From Acidobacteriota bacterium (GTDB lineage: Bacteria; Acidobacteriota; UBA6911; JACQSX01), in contig DASXQR010000140.1 of the NCBI GenBank assembly GCA_036507075.1, forward strand, positions 1 to 20,420: 20,420 nucleotides of DNA, written 5' to 3'. Each line of letters opens with the position of its first letter. Positions within the stretch are counted from its first letter, which is position 1. The notes under the pieces were generated by a model. That model did not search any database. It saw only the letters and a program-made list of their open reading frames with translations, and was not told where the DNA came from. Below are positions 1 through 6,617 of the stretch, one piece after another. The translations under genes were made by a program, and so were the position numbers.

Positions 1-32
1 TCCGAAACTAGCGCCGTGGCGCTAGTTTCGGA
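1..32. repeat. Perfect hairpin (15-bp arms, 2-nt spacer)
   Basis: TCCGAAACTAGCGCC (1-15) is the reverse complement of GGCGCTAGTTTCGGA (18-32). It may extend beyond the window edge. Confidence 0.85.
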
Positions 33-75
33 GCGACGAAGCCAGTGTGTCCGGAGTCCGGTAGGGTTTCTATCG

Positions 76-132
76 TAGTGAAGAATCGCCTTCACCACCG
101 GGACAAGCCCGGTGGCGTCGATTTACAGGTTC
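76..132. mobile_element. Right part of a MITE-like element (family A), related to 1784-1963
   Basis: 91-119 is identical to 1917-1945 (TTCACCACCGGGACAAGCCCGGTGGCGTC, containing the hairpin CCACCGGG-ACAAG-CCCGGTGG). It ends in GTTC, followed by TCA and CGCCCGCGGTAC, a remnant of a family-B arm. The left end is not visible. Confidence 0.65.
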
Positions 133-194
133 TCACGCCCGCGGTACTGACGCGGGTGGAGGGACGGTTTGAAGGCTGCGCTGAGTGGGCGGCG

Positions 195-1544
195 CTACTT
201 TTTGCCGCCTGCGGCTGCACTACCGGCCCGGTGATGGGTCAAGTATTCCGTCTTGACCGGAATGTTGTTGTCCACGATTACCTTCAGCAGCATTTGAAAG
301 TATTTCGGCCGGCTCGATGCCGGACCGAGCTTTTCTCTGATGGCGCGCAACCCTTCGGTCCGTGTGACAAAGTCGACCGCGGCAAGTGATCCGGGACCGC
401 TGTGGGACATCAGCAACATGACTTCGCGGCCCTCCTGAAGCCCGGGAAACAGGGCGATCACCGCATAAGTTACCGAGTCGCGATTGGACGAAGTTGAATA
501 AACGGCCTGCTCTCCCGGTTGCGGGTTCAGGTTGTAGACATTGTCATCGGATCCGCGCCACTCAAAATCTTTCTGGACCGGCAATTTTCGAAGCAGAATA
601 TTCATTCGCGGCGTTCCGAGAAAGAGGATGTTTCCATCTTTAATCTGATCCCAACTGGATTCATGCGCCGGCAACGCGATCAACTCCGTGCCTGTTTTTC
701 CGAAAAATGCGGTCAGCCGGTGGAGGGCGACCGCATCCCCCATTTCAGCATAGTCGTAGCGCGGACCGGTAAGCGGGCCGAAGTTCTGCTGCAGGATCTT
801 GAAAGCGGGATCACTCACGAAACCTGTGGGATCATTCAAAGTGGTGCGGCGCACGAAAACACCCAGCCGGTCGCTGGCAAAAAACATCGGACTTCCAAAG
901 ATCACCCGATTCTTCGCATCCGGCACGAGGAATCTTTGCCAGAAGGAGAGCACCTCAGGTTCCAGCTTCGCCTTGCTGGAATGAAGCTGCTGCTGCATGT
1001 CGTGACTCTGACGGGCGGACCTGATCGCCCAGGCCAGCGTGCAGATCAACAGCACCACCAGAGCGACGACGGCCACCTTCCAGCCTGCCTGGACCACGGC
1101 GCTGGAACCGGCCGGTGCGCGCTTTTCGGCAGCTTGTCGCCTCTGAAAGGCGGGAGCGTAGCTGCCTTTCTCAAATTCAATCAGGACGGAATCCGTTTGC
1201 CCCTGAGACTGGTAATAGTCCCGCAGTTTGGAGCGAAGTCTGGCAGCCTCGACGCGAACGATCGGATCAATTCGCGGGTCATAGGACTGGCCCTTGTCAA
1301 ATACCTCGACTCCCAGGAGGTATTCCTTCAACTGCTCTCCCTCGCCAAGCAAAGCCTTCTCCACGGCAAACTTCAGGAATCGACTCAGCCTTTCGGACCT
1401 CGAAAACCCGGGACTGGACAGAATCCGTCCCAGCTCCAACCGGACTTCCTCGGCCGATGGTCCCGCGCCTGCCGCTCCGGGAATACCATCAGTCCCTGAC
1501 GGGTGGCGCGGCGGCCCTGGAGTGAAAAACTGCCCTGCTGACAT
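195..1544 (-). CDS. Membrane-anchored regulator-like protein: N-terminal HTH-like domain, single TM helix, periplasmic C-terminal domain
   Basis: 449 aa. The N-terminal block L.RIL.S..F..SERLSRFL.F.VE...LKEY.LGVEVFD...YDPR.DPIVRVEA.RLR.KL..YY is typical of acidobacterial/rhizobial CadC/ToxR-like proteins. Hydrophobic segment VAVVALVVLLICTLAWAI. Confidence 0.8.
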   Translation of the reverse strand: MSAGQFFTPGPPRHPSGTDGIPGAAGAGPSAEEVRLELGRILSSPGFSRSERLSRFLKFAVEKALLGEGEQLKEYLLGVEVFDKGQSYDPRIDPIVRVEAARLRSKLRDYYQSQGQTDSVLIEFEKGSYAPAFQRRQAAEKRAPAGSSAVVQAGWKVAVVALVVLLICTLAWAIRSARQSHDMQQQLHSSKAKLEPEVLSFWQRFLVPDAKNRVIFGSPMFFASDRLGVFVRRTTLNDPTGFVSDPAFKILQQNFGPLTGPRYDYAEMGDAVALHRLTAFFGKTGTELIALPAHESSWDQIKDGNILFLGTPRMNILLRKLPVQKDFEWRGSDDNVYNLNPQPGEQAVYSTSSNRDSVTYAVIALFPGLQEGREVMLLMSHSGPGSLAAVDFVTRTEGLRAIREKLGPASSRPKYFQMLLKVIVDNNIPVKTEYLTHHRAGSAAAGGKK

Positions 1545-1602
1545 GCGAGACTCAATGATAGCCCCGCGAGCGGTTTAAAAACCACTCTCCCGCCGACTTA
1601 AT

Positions 1603-1634
1603 GCTTTGTGCCCTTTGTGCCTTTGTGGTGAAAT
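1603..1634. repeat. Solo arm of the family-C palindromic repeat (CTTTGTG units)
   Basis: GCTTTGTGCCCTTTGTGCCTTTGTGGTGAAAT matches 6549-6580 with one mismatch. Confidence 0.85.
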
Positions 1635-1645
1635 TGCGGCCTTCA

Positions 1646-1687
1646 GTCCGTTGTCCGTGGTCCGTGGTCTGTGGTTTGTGGTCCGCT
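1646..1687. repeat. Six tandem 7-mers (GTCCGTG-like), with a degenerate inverted partner at about 1980-2009
   Basis: gtccgtt gtccgtg gtccgtg gtctgtg gtttgtg gtccgct. The partner contains tatggac, aacggac and cactgac. Confidence 0.75.
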
Positions 1688-1694
1688 GTCCCAG

Positions 1695-1980
1695 CCGAAC
1701 CGCGCGCGTCAGCAAGCGGACCCTGGATGTGACAATATTCGATACCGATGCAGAAGCGACACTTTGGAGGGTCCGCTTGCTCAGAACGTGTGAAAAAATC
1801 GACGCTACCGGGCTTGGAATGTGAGAAGAAATCGAAGAGGACTTGCGGCTTTGCCGCCCCTGACTCACTTTTGGAATGCCAAAGTATAGGGGACGGTGGT
1901 CTAGTGAAGAAGCGCGTTCACCACCGGGACAAGCCCGGTGGCGTCCGATTTTTTCACACCTTCTCACGGATGCGGTTCAG
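1695..1980. repeat. Family-B inverted-repeat element whose right arm is split by the MITE
   Basis: Left arm CCGAACCGCGCGCGTCAGCAAGCGGACCCT (1695-1724). Right arm AGGGTCCGCTTGCTCA (1768-1783) resumes as CGGATGCGGTTCAG (1967-1980). Confidence 0.75.
1784..1963. mobile_element. 180-bp MITE (family A) with 17-bp TIRs and a 3-bp TCA duplication
   Basis: GAACGTGTGAAAAAATC (1784-1800) and GATTTTTTCACACCTTC (1947-1963) are complementary at 16/17 positions, and the similarity extends inward to 1816/1930. TCA flanks both sides (1781-1783, 1964-1966). No coding capacity. Confidence 0.75.
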
Positions 1981-2015
1981 GACTATGGACTGACAACGGA
2001 CCACTGACACCTTGT

Positions 2016-3338
2016 ATGCAGCAACGACAAACAGAACTGATCCGCGACTTCGGGCTGTTGAAAGCCACCGCCCTCAACATGTCCAACATGGTGGGGATCG
2101 GTCCGTTCATCACCATGCACCTGATACTTGCCACCATGGGCGGCCCGCAGGCGATGCTGGGCTGGATTGCGGGAATCGTGCTGGCCGTTTCCGACGGCAT
2201 GATCTGGAGCGAGCTGTCGGCGGCAATGCCGGGTTCGGGCGGAACCTACCTCTATCTGCGTGAAAGCTTCCCCCGCCGCGCCGGTCGCTTCATGGCATTT
2301 CTTTTTATCTGGCAGTTTATCCTGAGCGGACCGCTGGAAATCGCCAGCGGCGCGATCGGATTCAGCAGTTATGCCGGATACATTTTCAAGAATCTTACCT
2401 GGTGGCAACTAAAAGGGATCGCCGTCGGGATCGCCGGCTTGGCGATCCTGCTGCTCTATCGAAGGATTACCGCGGTGGGCAAGCTGACTGTCGGCCTTTG
2501 GATAGCGATGCTTTTTACGGTGCTGTTTATGATCATCAGCGGCATTCTGCACTTTAAAAAGGAACTCATATTCCCATTTCCCGCGCACGCGTTCGATTTC
2601 AATGCCAAGTTCCTGTTCGGGCTTGGCGGCGCCATGCAGATTGCCATGTACGATTATCTCGGCTACTACGATGTCTGCTACTTGGGCGATGAAGTGCGCA
2701 ATCCGGAAAAGAATATTCCCCGCTCCATTCTTATTTCCGTGGTTACCGTGGCGGCCATCTATATGACGATGAACCTGAGCATCATTGGGGTGATTCCCTG
2801 GAATCAGGTGTCAGAGAAGGTCGCCGCTGACTTCATCGAGCTGCTCTACGGACCGGCTGCCGCCATCGTGTTTACCGTGTTAATTCTGGTGACCGCCTTT
2901 GCGTCGATTTTTGCTTTGACGCTCGGTTACTCGCGCATCCCCTTTGCCGCGGCCAGGGACGGAATGTTCTTTTCCTTTTTCAACCATGTGCACCCCACGC
3001 AACGCTTCCCGGACCGCTCCCTGCTGGTGATTGGAATCATCACCATGATCACCAGCCTGTGGGATCTTTCCACCGTGATTACGGCTATCTTTACCTGCCG
3101 TATTCTGGTTCAATTTCTGGGGCAGAACGTGGGACTGATGCGATACCGGCGATCGGGAAAACCGCTGCCCTTTCGGATGTGGCTTTACCCGCTTCCCTGC
3201 TGGATTGCCTTCGCCGGCTGGGTCTTTATTCTCCTTACTTCCGGCTGGAAATTTATTTTGGGAGGATGTCTGGTGCTCGCCCTGGGAGTGGTCGCTTTTT
3301 TTATCTGGGATTCACGCAGGCAGCAAGTTACGGGTTGA
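2016..3338 (+). CDS. APC-family amino acid/polyamine permease
   Basis: About 12 hydrophobic helices. TM1 motif MVGIGPF, WSELSAAMPGSGGTYLYL, GDEVRNPEKNIPRSI, YSRIPFAAARDG. Start placed at ATG 2016 because the upstream extension is repeat DNA. Confidence 0.92.
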   Translation: MQQRQTELIRDFGLLKATALNMSNMVGIGPFITMHLILATMGGPQAMLGWIAGIVLAVSDGMIWSELSAAMPGSGGTYLYLRESFPRRAGRFMAFLFIWQFILSGPLEIASGAIGFSSYAGYIFKNLTWWQLKGIAVGIAGLAILLLYRRITAVGKLTVGLWIAMLFTVLFMIISGILHFKKELIFPFPAHAFDFNAKFLFGLGGAMQIAMYDYLGYYDVCYLGDEVRNPEKNIPRSILISVVTVAAIYMTMNLSIIGVIPWNQVSEKVAADFIELLYGPAAAIVFTVLILVTAFASIFALTLGYSRIPFAAARDGMFFSFFNHVHPTQRFPDRSLLVIGIITMITSLWDLSTVITAIFTCRILVQFLGQNVGLMRYRRSGKPLPFRMWLYPLPCWIAFAGWVFILLTSGWKFILGGCLVLALGVVAFFIWDSRRQQVTG

Positions 3339-3475
3339 CGGGTTGACGGGTTGAACTGGCTTGGTGCCTTGGTGGTTCATTCCTTTTATTGAACCACAAT
3401 AAATTAACCACCAAGGCACCAAGCCAGTTCAACTCGCAACTCGGAACTCGTAACCCGTTAACCCGCAACTTGTAA
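3328..3475. repeat. Nested palindrome: perfect 28-bp inverted repeat with family-C units, inside CGGGTTG/AACCCG tandem arms
   Basis: GTTGAACTGGCTTGGTGCCTTGGTGGTT (3350-3377) is the reverse complement of 3406-3433. Outer tandems are (ACGGGTTG)x3 and aactcgc/aactcgg/aactcgt/aacccgtt/aacccgc. Confidence 0.9.
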
Positions 3476-3508
3476 GTCAAGCATGCTGAAGAAGGGAGTT
3501 TGCACACA

Positions 3509-4750
3509 ATGCAGAATAACAGGCTCGGAATCGGCTTCATCGGCAGCGGTTTCATAACTCGTTTTCATATTCGCTCCTGGGTGGCGGTGCGCGATGCGGA
3601 CATACGCGGAATCTGGAGCCCCAACAAGAAGCACGCGGACGAAGCGGCCATTCTGGCGCGTTCGCTGCGCGTGGGCGACGCCAAATCCTTCAACTCGATT
3701 GAGGAGATGGTGGCGTCTCCGGAGATTGACTGCATCTGGATTTGCGGGCCCAACCATTCCCGCATCGACAACATGGAACGCATCGTTAACACAATGCAGT
3801 CCGTCAAGGGCCACCTGATTGGAATCGCCTGCGAAAAGCCGCTGGCGCGCAACGTCGCCGAAGCCCGAAAGATGGTCGAGCTGGTGGAGAAGGCGGGGGT
3901 GCTTCATGCTTATCTGGAAGACCAGCTCTTTTCTCCCGCAATGGAGCGCGGGCGAGCCATTGTGTGGACGCGGGCCGCGGCGCTTACCGGGCGGCCCTAT
4001 CTGGCGCGTTGCGCCGAGGAACACAGCGGGCCGCACATGCCCTGGTTCTGGCAGGGAGAACTCCAGGGGGGAGGCGTGCTCACCGACATGATGTGCCACA
4101 GCGTGGAAGTGGCGCGTTATTTGCTGACCAAGCCCGGCGCGCCGCGAAACAGCATCCGCCCCACCAAGATCTCAGCCCAGGTTGCGAGTTTGAAGTGGTC
4201 TCGACCGGAATACGCCCTGGAGCTGCAGAAGAGCATGGGCAAAGAGGTCGACTACAACCGCCGTCCTTCTGAGGATTTTGCCCGCGCCACTTTTCATTTC
4301 GTGGACGAGGATGGAATTCCTCTAATCGCGGAGACCACGACGTCCTGGGGCTATGTCGGCCCGGGGCTGCGGCTGACGGCCGAGCTGCTGGGACCGGAAT
4401 ATTCCATGTCGGTAAATTCCCTGGACAGCGGGTTGAAGGTGTTTTTCAGCCGCAAGGTGGAGGGAGCGGCGGGCGAAGACATGGTGGAAAAGCAGAATGC
4501 CGAACAAGGCTTGATGCCCGTGGTGGGAAACGAAGCGGGCGAGTATGGGTACGAAGGCGAGAACCGATACTTCGTCAACTGCTTTTTGGATCGCAAACAG
4601 CCGGAAGAAAATTTCCATGACGGCCTGGAAGTAATGGAGCTGCTCATGACCGCCTACATGAGCGCCGAGCAGGAACGGGTGGTTGAATTCAAACCGGAGG
4701 GCCTGGAAACCTTCGTCCCCGCCGTGGCGCGGGGCGAGTGGAAACCGTGA
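3509..4750 (+). CDS. Gfo/Idh/MocA family NAD(P)-dependent oxidoreductase
   Basis: Rossmann motif IGFIGSGFI, CEKPLA, GGGVLTDMMCH. GGGAG lies 10 nt upstream of ATG 3509. Confidence 0.92.
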   Translation: MQNNRLGIGFIGSGFITRFHIRSWVAVRDADIRGIWSPNKKHADEAAILARSLRVGDAKSFNSIEEMVASPEIDCIWICGPNHSRIDNMERIVNTMQSVKGHLIGIACEKPLARNVAEARKMVELVEKAGVLHAYLEDQLFSPAMERGRAIVWTRAAALTGRPYLARCAEEHSGPHMPWFWQGELQGGGVLTDMMCHSVEVARYLLTKPGAPRNSIRPTKISAQVASLKWSRPEYALELQKSMGKEVDYNRRPSEDFARATFHFVDEDGIPLIAETTTSWGYVGPGLRLTAELLGPEYSMSVNSLDSGLKVFFSRKVEGAAGEDMVEKQNAEQGLMPVVGNEAGEYGYEGENRYFVNCFLDRKQPEENFHDGLEVMELLMTAYMSAEQERVVEFKPEGLETFVPAVARGEWKP

Positions 4751-4787
4751 GTGGGAGAGCGGGGGAGTGGGGGAGATGCATAGCCAT

Positions 4788-4995
4788 CCGAACCGCGCGC
4801 GTAAGCAAGCGGACCCTGGGTTTTGCCACGAAGACACGAAGGATCACTATTTACATTTTGAAGTGACACTTCTCATAACTCGATCCAGGTTGTCGGAGAA
4901 GTGGCACTTCTAACTCAAATCATTCTCCTTCGTGTCTTCGTGCCTTCGTGGCAAATTCCCCGCCGAGGGTCCGCTTGCTTACGCGCGCGGTTCGG
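4788..4995. repeat. Triple-nested inverted-repeat element between convergent genes (B > C > D)
   Basis: Perfect 30-bp IR at 4788-4817/4966-4995. Inner CACGAAG-type IR at 4822-4843/4926-4955. Innermost GAAGTG(A/G)CACTTC IR at 4857-4874/4896-4913. Confidence 0.9.
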
Positions 4996-5034
4996 CTTAC
5001 GCCTTCGAAGCGGACGTTTTGGCCGTTTCTATGG

Positions 5035-6495
5035 TCAATTCCCAATCGCTGTCTTAGGCCGGCCGCTCTGATGGTGCACAAAGACGTTGTCGTAAAGCGG
5101 TGTCTTGGGGTTTGAAGCAATCAGTGTGGTTCGGAATTGAATCAGCTTTAATCCCAGGGTTTCCGTCATCTCCATCAGATCCTTCCGGCGCTCGTTGTGG
5201 ATTAGAAAACCGCCGGGCCGCATCATTGACGAAATATTGGTTGCCGCCATTGCCAATTGCATGGGATCAAAATAAGTAAGCACGTTTGTAATGATAACCA
5301 GATCGTAGTCCGGCGACGGATCGTACCGCTCTGTAATGATGTTCAGACTTTCGGCCTGAATTTTATCCGCGATCTCTTTCTTGACCGTCACGGATTTGTG
5401 CAGCCGATTCAAGTAACTCGGCGGAAGGCCGGTCAACGGCGCAACAGATCCCAGGTTCTTTCCAAGGCTGCGAAAGTAATCTTTGTAGTCATTTGTCAGG
5501 GGATGCCGCTCTATATCAGCGATTCCAGAAATCAGTGACAGCACTCGATGGCCGCGGGGAAAATCTGAAATAACCTCTACGACCCGCTGATTAATGTCGA
5601 TGCAATCGATTTTCCAGTTGTCGTCCCTCCGCATCTTCAAGTCAATCAGCGCATCTGCCACGGCATAAGGCTGATACGTCTGTGGTGGAAAGAGATCGAT
5701 CAAATCAGTCCTCGGTGCCAGATCCAGTCCGGGGCCGACAACCAGAATGCGCTCCAGCCGGACCTCCGGATGCTGCGCATGAATCACTTCCAGTCCGGCG
5801 CGAACGCCGAAGTTTGCCTCAATCTGCGTGTCCAAGCTGTAGCCACGCTCCTGATAGAGCCGGGAGATGGAAACGGGGCCTGATTCCGAGGCTATTTCTC
5901 CACCGAATTCCTTCAGATACAGAAACCGCATTGCGCGCGCGAATCGATCATAAAAACTCAGTTTGACTTGCCGTCGCGGCTTGGGCTCCTTCCAAAGAAG
6001 CTCGTGAAAAAAGGAAAGCCGCGGGTCCGGGCTGGGCCGGTCGGTGGCATCCACAAATGCGTCCAGACGCGACTGGACCCCCGGCGGCATCTTCGAATAC
6101 AGCGTCGGCGGATATGTACCTTCCAGAAAATTCTTCTGATCGCCTTGGGACAGCGAGTTGAAATACGCCGCGGCGCTCAATGCAGGCTCAATCCTGGGCA
6201 GTGACGTAAATTGATTCGACTGGAGAGCAAAATAGACTGCGTGCTCCCACTCCCCGTCCAGTTCGCGCCGCCGAGACGATGCGTCGATCCCGCGACGATA
6301 TTCGGCAAAGGTCTCCTCGCTCAGGAATGGAACCGTAAGAAACCTGCGGAATGACTCCGGCAGATCTTTCAACGAAATCGACCGTCTATCGGCCTGTTGG
6401 GCTGCAGCAAGGAAGATACTCGCTGCCAATGTAACGAACCAACGACAGATATCAGAAAAGCGGTGTGAAACACCACGCTGTATCATTCTTGGCAT
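5035..6495 (-). CDS. Class I SAM-dependent methyltransferase-fold protein with a putative signal peptide
   Basis: 486 aa. Motif I-like ILVVGPGLD, IDCIDIN, and CheR-like YDLVIITNVLTYFD...MMRPGGFLI. Hydrophobic N-terminus WFVTLAASIFLAAA. Start uncertain. Confidence 0.7.
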   Translation of the reverse strand: MPRMIQRGVSHRFSDICRWFVTLAASIFLAAAQQADRRSISLKDLPESFRRFLTVPFLSEETFAEYRRGIDASSRRRELDGEWEHAVYFALQSNQFTSLPRIEPALSAAAYFNSLSQGDQKNFLEGTYPPTLYSKMPPGVQSRLDAFVDATDRPSPDPRLSFFHELLWKEPKPRRQVKLSFYDRFARAMRFLYLKEFGGEIASESGPVSISRLYQERGYSLDTQIEANFGVRAGLEVIHAQHPEVRLERILVVGPGLDLAPRTDLIDLFPPQTYQPYAVADALIDLKMRRDDNWKIDCIDINQRVVEVISDFPRGHRVLSLISGIADIERHPLTNDYKDYFRSLGKNLGSVAPLTGLPPSYLNRLHKSVTVKKEIADKIQAESLNIITERYDPSPDYDLVIITNVLTYFDPMQLAMAATNISSMMRPGGFLIHNERRKDLMEMTETLGLKLIQFRTTLIASNPKTPLYDNVFVHHQSGRPKTAIGN

Positions 6496-6549
6496 GCACC
6501 TCGACGTGCCTGCAGCTTATTTTCTCATGGCAGAAGAATGTTTGTGACG

Positions 6550-6615
6550 CTTTGTGTCCTTTGTGCCTTTGTGGTGAAATGGTTTTTGAACCACAAAGGC
6601 ACAAAGGACACAAAG
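6550..6615. repeat. Family-C palindrome with perfect 26-bp arms
   Basis: CTTTGTGTCCTTTGTGCCTTTGTGGT (6550-6575) is the reverse complement of 6590-6615, with a 14-nt spacer. Confidence 0.92.
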
Positions 6616-6617
6616 GA

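Noticed and set aside
519..1499. 326-aa plus-strand ORF
   Set aside because: Antisense shadow of the regulator gene with no recognisable motifs.
1575..1993. Small ORFs in this gap and at 45-389, 4683-5120 and 9184-9396
   Set aside because: Shared peptides (HHRDKPGGV, SRTARVSKRT) are explained by repeat DNA, and there is no coding evidence.
6465..6617. Cys-rich N-terminal extension (LCPLCLCG) as a metal-binding domain, and similar ORF extensions at 1938, 9268 and 16406
   Set aside because: These are mostly translations of intergenic repeats. The same peptide appears at 1606, and downstream ATGs give sensible N-termini.
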